This document shows, piece by piece, positions 45,509-57,709 of a stretch of DNA of 64,000 bases. The translations under genes and the position numbers were made by a program. The first letter of the stretch is position 1; every line of letters begins with the position of its first letter. Below the pieces are notes generated by a model. It had not been told where the DNA came from and made no database searches. It saw only the letters and a program-made list of their open reading frames with translations. Origin of the DNA: the human T2T-CHM13v2.0 reference genome, Homo sapiens; the NCBI RefSeq assembly GCF_009914755.1, contig NC_060932.1. One strand, 5' to 3'.

Positions 45509-46087
45509 GTTTTATTTCTCTTTCTGTTTAAGGACACTTCCTATGATATGTATTGCTGATTCATTAGTACATTGAACTCATGGCCACCTGCAGTGTGACA
45601 CACCTGAGCAGAGCTTACCTAACGCACATATTTTCTCTGGAAGTTGCATTGCATCCTTCTCAGGCTACGCAACACTAGATAGCACTTCAGTGTTACCCTT
45701 GGGGACCATTTTAAATGGCAAAATCACCAACAAAAAGCACAAAAATGCGAAAAACATGGCACTACATAAACTATGAAAAGGACTCTTATTTAGAGTAAGA
45801 AAAAAAGAGAGCAGAGCATTTCCTTGTTTGATCTCAGGTATAAACATGCACATCCAGAGACCCCAAATTTTTTGTCACTCTGCACATGTCTGCAAATGAC
45901 CATGAGTGTGTCCTGAGTATGGATTTGGGGGGCAGACATAAATTTTAGCAAGTAGGCAAATTTGCAAATATGGAACCATTGAAAAATGAGGAGAGGCTGA
46001 ATATTGAAAGCGTGTGTGTGGGTGGGGGAATGGGTGTGGGTGCCTGTGGAAGAAATGAGGGATTCTGTGGTTGGGCAATGTGAGTGA

Positions 46088-46437
<350 letters not shown>

Positions 46438-46826
46438 CATCATGTTAATTAGATGGTGGTGGCCCCTCTGTACAGCCTCACTCCCCCAGCACACAGCTTA
46501 AGGAACAGGCAGGAGAGTTAGCACCTTCAAGCCAAGAAAAGGAAACCCTTTTCTCCAGGGGAATGAGGCTTTGTACCAGCACATTTGGCTCAGTGGAGAG
46601 AGATAGACAGGATTCCGGTCCCTTCTCTCCCCTTGGGGGTGCAAACTGCAGAGCCAATATGGTGGCCTAATAAAGAATGTGGCATGGACAGGCCCACATT
46701 ATCTTGGAGCAGAAGTTCATCCTTCAAACAAGTCTCATCAGGGCATTTCCACGGGGACTTCTGTGTCCACATTTCCATTCTCTGACCCATGTTTTGCCTC
46801 AGGCCTTGGATTCCTTTAAGAGCCCC

Positions 46827-47330
46827 TGATTGGTTTCCTAGGGTTGTTGTAACAAATGAATACAAATGCTATGGCTTAAAGCAACAGCACTGTATTCCCT
46901 CACAGTTCTGGAGTCTACGACTCTGAAGTCGGTATCGGTATCGGCAGAACCAGGCTCTCCGCAGGCTCCAGGGAGACTTTGCTCTTGCTTTTCCAGCCTC
47001 TGGCGGCTTCTGGCCATCCTCAGTGCCCTTTGGCTTGTCGCTGCGTCACTCCGTTCTCTGCCTCCATCTTCACAGGCCCTCTTCCCCTGTGTGTGTGTGT
47101 CAAACCCGGGAGGTGGAGGTTGCAGCGAGCTGACATCTTGCCACTGCACTCCAGCCTGGGAGACAGAATGAGATTCCTCTCCTTTGGATTTAGGGCCCAC
47201 CCTTAATCTAGCATGATCTCATCTTAACTAATATATCTGCAAAGACTCTATTTCCAAATGATGTCACATTCTGAGGTTCTAGGCAGATATGAATTCTGGG
47301 GGGGGGGGGGGGAATATTCAATCCGCCACC
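46827..47330 (-). mobile_element. MaLR LTR (MLT1C-like)
   Basis: TTTCCTAGGGTTGTTGTAACAAAT...GGCTTAAAGCAACAG...CTCACAGTTCTGGAG; GGATTTAGGGCCCACCC...TCTGCAAAGACTCTATTTCCAAAT. Confidence 0.85.
47103..47181 (+). mobile_element. Tail-less Alu right-arm fragment inside MLT1C
   Basis: AACCCGGGAGGTGGAGGTTGCAGCGAGC...CACTCCAGCCTGGGAGACAGAATGAGATTC with no poly(A). Confidence 0.88.
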
Positions 47331-47989
47331 ACTCCCACAAATGAAGCCTGGGGAAGCTTAATAACGGGGATCTGAACCATTGTCTGACCACCTTTGGCCA
47401 GAGCTCTGGCTTGCTCTCAACGCCTCCATTATTGCATGCCCCCCAGTTATGGGGTCCCCCTTTGCTCCTATGTCCTTTCCAGGCTTAAGGGGTTTGAATC
47501 AACTGTGGTAAGTGAAAAGATAGAGAAAGAAAAACAAATGCCAGCCACAAGAAAAACCCTGAAATATTTCACCTTGAAAGTTTATGCAAATATGCACAAC
47601 CTCATTAACAATAACTTAAAGTTTGCTCTGACCCAAGGGCACATTCCAGGGGACACCAATGGTCTGGGCATTAGAACTGCACCCAGAATAACACAGGAGG
47701 TTAGACATCAATGACCCCTTCAGCCACATTTCCCGTGGTCTCAGGAAACCGGCACTGTGAAGCCTGCCTTCGTGACAGCCTGTCCTCTGTCACGCTCTGG
47801 AAAAGAGCATGGGCTGCAGTCCACTCTGAGATTCCTCATCTTGACCATGAGGCTAAAACAAGCCAGCCACTGGAGGTAGGTATCTACCGACGACATACCT
47901 AAAGGAGGTCTTCAGCTTGAGTCCCTTTGAAGATAAAAAATTTTTTCAAGAATAATTAAATCTGCTGCACTGTGTAATAGAAACCAAAT

Positions 47990-48525
47990 GCAATTTGCTC
48001 TCCAAGCTTTTTGGATTTCCAGATCTTTTTCCCTTTTCCATCAGTCCATGTGTTGCAGGTGGAGTTAACTCCACCCCGGACTTCAGGTGGCCATGGAGCC
48101 AGGCCTGACCAATCAGAGCGCTGGATTCTCCTGGCCACAGAGATTGGATGAAGGGTGAGTGTCGGCCACAATCAGAACCAATGAAAAGCAGTGAGACTCT
48201 TTATGGGACTTCTGGGAGAAGGATGTGGGCTGTTGCCTTTGGGTTTGTGTAGCTGCTGGCAGCTATATCACCACTGTGGAATGACTTTGGAATTAAGTTA
48301 AGATGAAGAACAGTGGAGCTGAGAGGATCATTCAAACTGAGACTTGATGACATCAGTTTAGCTCTGGATCTAGTTGTAGCTGGACCTGAAAAAATATATA
48401 TATTATCGGACTTTCAGTTACATGAAGGAGTAAACTCTTTTTCTTGGTTTTTTTTTTTTTTTTTTTTTAACTAATTTGAGTTGGAGTTTCTGTCACTTTC
48501 AATAGAGAGACTCTTAGGGCACATA
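47990..48525 (+). mobile_element. Old MaLR LTR (MLT1K-like)
   Basis: CCAATCAGAGC...CCTGGCCACAGAGATTGG; GGACTTTCAGTTACATGA; TTTGAGTTGGAGTTTCTGTCACTT. Confidence 0.75.
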
Positions 48526-48751
48526 CAAAACCACCCAAGAAAGATGTGGGGACTCATCCAGCAGGCCTGGCATTGAGCGCCACTTCTTCCTGACTAGGAC
48601 ACAGGAGATCAAGCTGTACCAGCAGCTGAGTTAAACCTCTTGTCTTTATAAATTACCCAGTCTATTTTGATCACCATGGGATCACCATGACCACCCAGCT
48701 GGGTCTGTTTCTCTGAGCACCCAAGAGATTTTTTGCTTTGCTCTTATTCTA

Positions 48752-48903
48752 TTTTTTATTAATTTTTATTAGTATTATTATTTTTGTAAAGTTGGGGTCT
48801 GGCTCTGTTGCCCAGGCTGGTCTCAAACTCCTGGCCTCAAGCAATTCTCCCACCTCGGCCTTCTGAAATGTTGAGATTACAAGCATGAGCCAATGCATCC
48901 AGA
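48752..48903 (-). mobile_element. Alu monomer (FLAM_C-like)
   Basis: Single left-arm-type element with T-rich tail. Confidence 0.85.
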
Positions 48904-49311
48904 CTACTTTGTTCTCACTCTATGTGAGGCCTCTGTATGTCTCCCCCAGACTGCTCTTGCTTGTCCTGGTGATAATCTCGTGTCCACTTCAGACTGCCTT
49001 GGCCTCAACTGACTGCCACTAGCAACAGATGCTGAGTCTTCAACCACCCACCACCCAGTTCACTGCCCTGAAAGTTCTAGCCTCTGCAATGGGTCACCTC
49101 TAACATGCCATGATGGACACCATGGCAGGCCCCTGGCTGCTGGCTCAGTGTTCAACTAACATAGTGACCAAGGCAGCTGGAGAAGGCAAGACCCTGGCTT
49201 CCCAGGGCCACCTAGTGCCACAGGTTGATGTGGCCATTCCCAGGCTGGTGTGTGGCAGGCTCTGCTTTCTATGTGGCCTTCACCTTGCCTGCACCCATGC
49301 CCCTCACCAGC

Positions 49312-49679
49312 TGTATTAGTCTGTTCTCACGCTGCTATGAGGAAATACCTGAGACTGGGTAATTTATAAAGAAAAGAGGTTTAATTGACTCACAGTTCCA
49401 CATGGCTAGGCAGGTCTCAGGAAACAGAAGGGCAGAAGGAGAAGCAAACATGTCCTTCTTCACAAGCTGGCAGGAGAGAAAAGTGCCAGCAGGAGAAATG
49501 ACAGATGCTTATAAAACCGTCAGATTTTGTGAGAACTCACTCACCATCACGAGAAAAGCATGGGGGAAACTGCCCCCAGGATCCCATCACTTCCTGTCGG
49601 GTCCCTCCTGTGACACATGGGATTATGAGAACTATAATTCAAGATGATATTTGGGTGGGGGCACAGCCAAACCATATCA
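49312..49679 (-). mobile_element. MaLR solo LTR (THE1C/D-like)
   Basis: TGTATTAGTCTGTTCTCACGCTGCTATGAGGAAATACCTGAGACTGGG ... CACAGCCAAACCATATCA; perfect 5-bp TSD CCAGC. Confidence 0.93.
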
Positions 49680-50108
49680 CCAGCCTAAGCCTGGAAGGGA
49701 CAATACAGCAGACCCAGGCCCAGCCGCTTGCCAGCCGAGCCCCTCTCCTTCCTGGTCCTTATGTTTCCCAGGCTGAAAGGGGCTCCAACTTGTCCTTTGC
49801 TTCTCTTGCCTCACTCCCTCTTTCTCCCGGGCTCCAGCCAAGCCAAGAGACTCTCCTCTATGCTATGGAAGAAGTCTTTGAGAAGAGTCACCCAGGCTCC
49901 ATTGCTGAAATGTTAAAGGGGGAGCGACAGAGATGTGGAAATGGGTTTTGAAGACAATAGCCTGGCACGCATAGCTCTCTTATTGCTGAAGGATCAGATT
50001 CTGAATGTCAAGGGCTGCATACGAAGCTTTTCTCTCTCTTTGCATTTCTTAAATAACTTTTCTCATTCCCTCCCACTCGCAAACAAGAATGTTTGGGGCA
50101 CATGAAAG

Positions 50109-50303
50109 CATTGCTGTCCAAAAGAACTTTCTGCAATGGTGGAAATACCCTCTGTGCCATCCCCACGCTAGCTGTATGTGGCCACTGAGGACTTGAAACA
50201 TGGCTTGTCGGCTAGAGGAATGGACTTTTTCATGTATTTCATTTCAGGTAACTTACATGAAATTAGCCACATGTGCTAGTGGCTACTACTCTGGGTAGCA
50301 CAG
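50109..50303. mobile_element. MER3 hAT-Charlie relic
   Basis: GCTGTCCAAAAGAACTTTCTGCAATGGTGGAAAT...TAGCCACATGTGCTAGTGGCTAC. Confidence 0.85.
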
Positions 50304-51732
50304 AACTAGTGTACAGGTCTCTTCAGCAAAGCAAAAGAGAAACGCACAATCGTTTTTTTAAAATCTACCCATCCCCCTTCACTGCAGGTGGGAAGAGCTG
50401 TGCAATTCTGCATCCTCCTGCTAGGACACATGCTCTGGTGGGTCAATTATTTCACACTCAAGATTTCTCCATCATCACCCACAGACACAACAGCAACAGG
50501 TGTTTTTACAGCACCGCATACCTCCCTGTCTCTGAACATCGCCTGCCAGAGGTTCACATCGTTTCCAAGAGACAGATCCGTAATCTAGACCACTGGCTTT
50601 CTCATATTTCTCATGTTCCTTGTTTTCTTTTGAGAGTTTCCTCCTTAGCATCAGGGGCCTTCAGGAAAAATGTCAGTGAACAGCAGGAAACAGTTCCATA
50701 GCAGCTCACTCTCTCAGGCCCCAGGAGGTCGCAGAAGGGCAACCTCCCGGTTTGGCTTATTTTCCCTGGGAAGTGTCTGTCGTTCAGGCCTCTTTAAGGA
50801 GTCAGTCCGCTGAGCCCTGCTGAGCACTGGGGCTCCTGTGCGTACTGTGGAGGCTGCATTGCAAGATAATCCCGAGAAGCTGGAGGGCCCCAGAAACCAG
50901 GGGAAACCCTCTACCTCATCCCCTAACTCTGAGTTCTAAAACCACGAGGTCCTCATACTGTGCCCCTGGGCTCACCTAGGATAAAAGGAAAGGAACACGA
51001 TAGATAGATGCGGAGAGAAAATCACCTTCCACCACAGTCTGGAGTGGGGTTCAAAGAAGTGATCACACTGCCAATCCCACGCTGGCTTTGAAGATGAGTA
51101 ATTGGCAAGAGCAGTGATTAAAAACTTACCTTTGTATGGTAAGTTTCTCATATAGCATCTCACTTAAATCCTCTCAAGCCCAAGCTGGCAGCATTATAAA
51201 TGTCCTCAACCGTGAGAAGAGAAAGCCAAGCCAGCAGGGGTCAGTGCACTCTGAAGTCACACACCAGGAATTGGTGGGGCAGGTCGACTGTCTCTGGAGC
51301 CCAGAGTGGCATGGGGTTCAGGGGAGAGCTGCAGCCACAGAGATGAGAGTGTTGAGTGTGACATATGGGAAGGAGGAAGGAGGTGATCACCAAGAAACAC
51401 TCTTAAGAGGACATAAGACATATTCTAGGCCCCAGATAGCACTGACCTTGACTGTACTAAAGCAATCAATACCCCTGGCCCGCACACTGCCTGCCAGCCT
51501 TGGGTAGAAGCACTTAGGGTCACACCACATTTTTCAGTTTGTCAGGTTCTTTGTACTTGCACAATCGCATTTGATCCTCACAGCCAAAGGACCGCGAAGT
51601 AGGAAGTCACGGTAGTTCTTGAAGCCTCCACGTGGGTGGGAGAGCTGCAGTACAGAGGGATTCAGAAAGCTGCTTCATGTTAAACAGCCCAAGAGTGACA
51701 AGACAAATATTTCATTTATTTTTAATGCTATG

Positions 51733-51888
51733 TTTTTAGAGAGGGGGGTCTCACTCTGTCACCCAAGATGGAGTGCAATGGTGTGATCATAGCTTACTGC
51801 AGCCTTGAACTCCTGGCAGCAAGCAATCCTCCAGCCTCAGCCTCCTGAGTAGCTAAGACTACAGGTATGCACCACCATGCCTGGCTAA
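51733..51888 (-). mobile_element. Alu right-arm monomer (FRAM/AluJ fragment)
   Basis: Reverse right arm only, ends CATGCCTGGCTAA. Confidence 0.85.
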
Positions 51889-51902
51889 AGAGTAAGGATT
51901 CT

Positions 51903-52203
51903 GCCAGGCACAGTGGCTCACATCTATAATCCTAGCACTTTGAGAGCCGAAACGGGAGAATTCCTGGAGGCTGGAAGTTTAAGACCAGCCTCAGCAACAT
52001 AGCAAGACCCCAACTCTATTCAAAAATATTTAAAAATTTTAAAATTAGCCAGGTGGGGTGGCAGGCACCTGTGGTCCCAGCTACTCAGGAGGTTGAGATA
52101 GGATTGGTTGAGCCTGGGAGGTTTAGGCTGCAGTGAGCTGTGATTGCGCCCTGCACTCCAGCCTGGGTGACACAGCAAGACCCTGTCTCCAAAATAAATA
52201 GTA
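51903..52203 (+). mobile_element. Alu SINE, AluJ-like
   Basis: Full Alu; flanks AGTAAGGATTCT / AGTGAGGATTCT. Confidence 0.92.
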
Positions 52204-54536
52204 AGTGAGGATTCTAACCTCTGCCTCTGCCTCCCGGTCCATGGCTCTTTTCTGTGTAGGTGAGGCCCACTGTAGCCCCTCCAGGGACTGGCTGTCTGTT
52301 CCACAGCTCAGCATGTCCATCACTCTGCTCTGTCTGTCCTCTCTTCTCCAGCCATCCCAGCAGGAGGGGGTGAGTGCCTGGACCCTTCTTTAATTGCCAC
52401 TCCCTGTCTCATCAGTCCTCACCTGGACATTACTCCTGGAGTGAGTCAAGAGGAGCCTCAAGAACTCCCTCCTTAGAGGAGCCCACGCCGCGCTCCTCTG
52501 CGGGGCGGGAGCCAGCCCACACTTCCAGCCTGGGTTGTGTCATCAAGGACCCCGGCCGGGGCCAGGCCCACCACCCATCTGCTGGCACATCTCCATTAGT
52601 CTCCACAGTCTTTCCCTGCAAGACTGTTCTGCAGAGCTTCACACAGACAGCCTGCTGGGCCCCGCAGCTCTGCAGCCAGCCCCGGGGCCAAGAGCCTACA
52701 CAAAGATGTCCATGGGAGAGAGCTCCATGCCTGGTCAATTTATGGTCCCATGATGATGCCCGCCTTCCGAAATGCTTCCTCTCTTCTCTCCTGAGTGGCT
52801 CCCGAGCCTGGGAGCCAGTAGGGTGGACAGCGCAGCCCCTTCCCCACCCCTACTGAGGCTGCTTTATCAGGGGAAAGCAAGCCCAGGTGGCTCTGGGCCA
52901 ACCAAACAGCTACTACCCCCGGGAAGCCCCAGCCTGGATGTGCTCCCTCAGCCAGGGTGGTCCAGGAAGAGGCTCAGAGTTCCCAGAAGCCACCTGAGCA
53001 CATTCTGCATTGGCCCCTGCACACACCAGCCTCTGCCCCGCTGCCCTGGAGCTGCTCCCAGGAGACAGTGGTGCTTCCTGCAGCCACGCCACCCAGGCTC
53101 ATCCTTCTGAGGGGCTGCCAGCAGGAGGAGAGGGGAGGGACTGGGGCGTGGAGGCAGGAAGGACTGGGCCCCCTGCCCTGGCTGCCCACAAGCAAGACCC
53201 TCAAGCCTGCATCCCCAGGAATACCTCTGTCCTTGGGTCCTCATCTGAACAAGGAAAACAAAAACACTTGCCTGGCCGATCTCCTTCCTTCATGCATTCA
53301 TTGAGCACCTACTGTATGCCAGGCACTCTGCTGGGCACTGTGCAGATACTCAAGAACAAACCATCAGGGCCTGCTCTCCTCGAGCTTACTGCCTTGTTCC
53401 CAAAGGAAATCACTCATCGTGCTGTCTTGGGGGGCGGCACCTGGCACACACGCAACCACATCTCCATAAACGTTTGAGGACTCAGCTTAATTAACACATG
53501 CCTTTTTGCTCAGGGCTGCTATGAGATGCTTAAGAGACAGTGCAGGATCAGCACTTTGTAAATTATAAAGGGATTATACAAACGTCAGGGACGATTTGAT
53601 TGAGGCCATGACAGAGCCAGAGCTCTGCCAGGCAGCTCCGAAATGGAAGGGAGAGGTGTGGCCCGTGCCTGCAGGGAGAATTTCGCAGGTCTGATGGGGA
53701 GAAGGCACTTCAGCTCCGAAGCAGGGCAAGACCACCCATAGAGGAACCCTGTGACCTTGGGCCAGAGGACTTGCCTGTGGCCAGATTTGTAAGGCTCACC
53801 GCATGGTGTCCTTGCAAAGGGGTTCCCCAGACTCTCAGTGGGACTTTGGGCCTTTCAGAAAGACACTAAACTAATTAGGCACATAGGGAGGTAGTTAATT
53901 CAGGCAGCCGCAATTTTTTCTATTTTAGAAATCATAATTATTTACAATTCTTAAAAATTCAATTTATTGAATTAAAAATGCAATTAATTACAATTCTTAA
54001 AAAGAAGACAATTTTCTTCTTCAGCTCTCAGTCTCCCTTTTGCCTAAACTTTTTAACCCCAGATATAGACATGAGGTCCGCTGGAACTTGGTTCTCACTC
54101 CTCTGTACTCAAAGTTCATGTCAGCCCTCCTTCCACTGCCCTGAGCCCAAGGCGTTTATCATTTTCACTAAAGTTCCTTAACATTTCTGAGCTCAGCTAT
54201 TGTGAAGGCTGGATGTGCTCCTTACCTCCCTTCTAAGCCACACTAACCCAGGGGCTTGCAATCTTTCGTGATGAATTCCTTCCATTTCAGTGAGTCAACT
54301 ATCTGAGAACTTAAGTACTTTCTTGTTTTCTCTGCCTCAAGCAAATATGAGCGAGACACCTCGGATGAATTGACTGATTTATCAGTTGATTGATTTCTGG
54401 CCACTGTCACCTTCTTGTTCCACAGAGCGATTCATTTCCAATGATGAGATCACCACTCTGAAAATACTAATCAGCAGTAAAAGGCCAAAAAAAGGGAATG
54501 AGAGTTCCAAGACTGCTTAAGATACTACTTTGCCAA

Positions 54537-54576
54537 ACACACACACACACACATACACATGCGCGCACGCATGCAC
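54537..54576. repeat. (CA)n-type microsatellite
   Basis: ACACACAC...ATGCGCGCACGCATGCAC. Confidence 0.85.
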
Positions 54577-54940
54577 CCACATCAGACCTACAAGAAGGTT
54601 TCCTTCCTAAGAAAGCCATTTGAGGAGCAGCTAAGACTTAGGTTTGCTTTTGTCACATTTTGGGAGCTGATTCTCTAATCTTCCTCAGCCCTGGCTGTAT
54701 AAGACCTTTTTCTTTCCAAAGTTGGGGGATTTGAGCCAGGGCTCTCAGCTCCCCTGAGTGGGGCATGGGCCTGGACACCTGTACTGCATTTGGCAGAGGC
54801 TCCACGGGCATCAATTGAATTCATCTCAATCAATTGGGATTGAATGGGAATCATCCATAAAGCCGGCTGAAGAGCAGGCACAGCTCCAGCACCACCATGT
54901 ATTCATTCAATCAGTCAATAAATAATCACAGATGCTGAGA

Positions 54941-55058
54941 GGCTGAGGCAAGAGGATCGCTTGAGCCCTAGGAGGTTGTGGCTGCAGTGATCATACCACT
55001 GTGCTCCAGCCTGGCAACAGAGCGAGACCCTGTCTCAAAAAAATAAATTGAATAAATA
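54941..55058 (+). mobile_element. 5'-truncated AluJ-type right arm
   Basis: GGCTGAGGCAAGAGGATCGCTTGAGCCC...GAGACCCTGTCTCAAAA with (AAAT)n tail. Confidence 0.88.
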
Positions 55059-55311
55059 AATAAATAGTCACAGAGGCTGAGAATACACTGGGCCTAGAGG
55101 GACTTCTGGTCCTCAAAGAGCTTGCATCCTCATGGCATCTGGTCTGGCCTACTCCCACCTGCTCTTTCCCTGTTATCAGCTGTCCCCCTACAAAAGAATT
55201 GGAAAGCAGACACTTTCCTCTTGAGCCACCCTGTAAAAGCCACCATTGCCCCTTTCCCTCACCAGATCAATACTGCAGTCTGTGTAGCCTTCGGAGAGCC
55301 TTCCCGGAAAC

Positions 55312-55425
55312 GTGGTCTCCAGGCTGGCTGCACTTTAGAATCACCAGTGCTGCTTTTAAAGCATACATACAACCAGGCCCTACCGGGAGATGTTCTGGTT
55401 TAATAGGCCAGGGCTGGAGCCGGGT
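55312..55425. mobile_element. MER5-like hAT fragment
   Basis: GTGGTCTCCAGGCTGGCTGCACTTTAGAATCACC...GCTTTTAAA...TTCTGGTTTAATAGG. Confidence 0.6.
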
Positions 55426-55474
55426 TTCTGCCAGAGAATTTCTGTTTTCATTTCTACCTCCCATCAAAATTAGC

Positions 55475-55518
55475 TGTGTGTGTGATTGTGTGTGCGCAAA
55501 TGTGTGTGTGTGTGATTG

Positions 55519-55549
<31 letters not shown>
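55475..55549. repeat. Imperfect (TG)n microsatellite
   Basis: TG runs interrupted by AT / CGCAAA. Confidence 0.92.
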
Positions 55550-56180
55550 ACAGGGGAGGTCTTTGCCAGTGCCAGAGGTGGAATCCCCACCTCTCTACCA
55601 GCCCTGATTGAGACTGAAACATCCAGACAGTGAAAGGCAGTTGGTGGAGTGGAGAGAAGGCTGGACCGGTAGTTGGGAGATCAGGCTCCTAAGTTTAGCT
55701 GCACATTCACCAGTGACATGACTTTGAACGCATCTCTCCACCCCCTGGGCCTCAGTGACTTCAGGTAAGGGCCCTGGGGGTAAGTCACCAGGTGATCCAA
55801 GATTCATTCCAGCTCTGACAGTCCATGACTCTGATACAATGACTCAACCCCTTGGGTGAAAAAAAGGAGATTTGCTAATTGCCCCATGATCTGGTTGGGT
55901 TTTATCAAGGGAGAAATTTAAATACCATTCTCCAGGGAACATAAAAGGTTAGAGGTTCCTAAGCCAAGGAGACTAGAGAACTCCCTTTTAGAACCTTCTG
56001 CACACAACAGAGGCTCAGTCACTCTCACACATGATAGATGGCAGCTTGGAGCTCCCTTCCTCGCTCTGAAATGGCACTGCATCTCAGCTTCACCAAGGAC
56101 CCCTGCTGCATGCAAAGGCACATGAAACAATGTGATTGGCACTGCTTGCCTGCCTCTCTATTATTCTGATCCTCGTCAAG

Positions 56181-56753
<573 letters not shown>

Positions 56754-57709
56754 TGTATTAGCTTTAGAATGAGCCTGCCAAGTCAGAACTTGGAGCTGCT
56801 GGAGTAGAAACAGGTTTTCTGCTCTGGTTTTGCAGACTCTGGGTCCACCAGATGACAGTCACTACCCAAGATCAGTAGGGGCTGAAGAGCTCTCCAGGCT
56901 GATCAGGTGATGAGTGATTGTTTCCAGGAAAGTTACAAATCAATGGAGTTTTCCCATTGGCTTAGAAAGTCAGCCTGTCAATCTGCTGCTCAGCCTCCAG
57001 AGCCCTAACAGAGAGCAGATGGCTTTGCTCCTTGACAGGCTGATAGGAGCAGCTCATCGTGCTTGTCCATCATCAGTCTGCTCTCAGATTGAGAATCAGA
57101 GCTTGACAGCAAGGCTCAAAGCAGAAGGCAGCCCTGGGGTCAGTCAGTTCCCAGAAGAGCCCTGAAAAACTAGCAGAGGTCTTTGGGGCTGAAGTGACAC
57201 ATGTCTGCAGCCATCTCATGTAACATCACCTCTAATACTTAATTTCTCTGGTCCATGTGTCTCAAATGGCAACTTCTGAACATGCCCCTGGACACTGACA
57301 CCCCAAGGGATGGCAGTGTGGCAGCAGCCCTTGTTTACCTGGGCTCTTCCTCCTGGAGTTCATTTAGGTTCTTCCTACCTGGGTTCCCCACCTTGCAGTG
57401 GTCAGGGAAGGCCTTTGCAGAGCACAGGAAAGGCCAGGATTTGCCAGCCATTCTGAAGCAGCCAGCTAGCAGCAACGAGAGGTGGCAGAAGTCATTTTTC
57501 CTCTTTCACCTCTAGCACTGGTCATTGTTGGAGACTTGGATGTGCCCCCAGAAGGCTATAGCCACCTCTGTCCTTGTAGATGGAGCTATCCTGGTCCAAA
57601 AGGAAAAGAGCTTGGTAGAGGAAAGAGCAGATATGGGGGCCCAAGCAAAGAATTGCTGACTCTCCTCTGCAACTCCCTTCTCAGTTCATAACTGCATCTC
57701 ACTCAGAAG

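Larger units (their letters stand above)
44357..46001 (-). mobile_element. MER82 Tigger-family DNA transposon, split by a MER41 LTR
   Basis: GCGAATACTGAACCATTGCTCCTAGGGGAAATA...CTCTGGTCACAACAT at left; AAATTTTAGCAAGTAGGCAAATTTGCAAATATGGAA...AATGAGGA at right. Confidence 0.82.

Noticed and set aside
47298-47312. G15 homopolymer
   Set aside because: Expansion of a short G-run near the MLT1C terminus; ordinary slippage
52374-53477. Cluster of 100-160-aa ORFs
   Set aside because: Expected in GC-rich DNA where stop codons are rarer; P/S/G/A-rich with no known family
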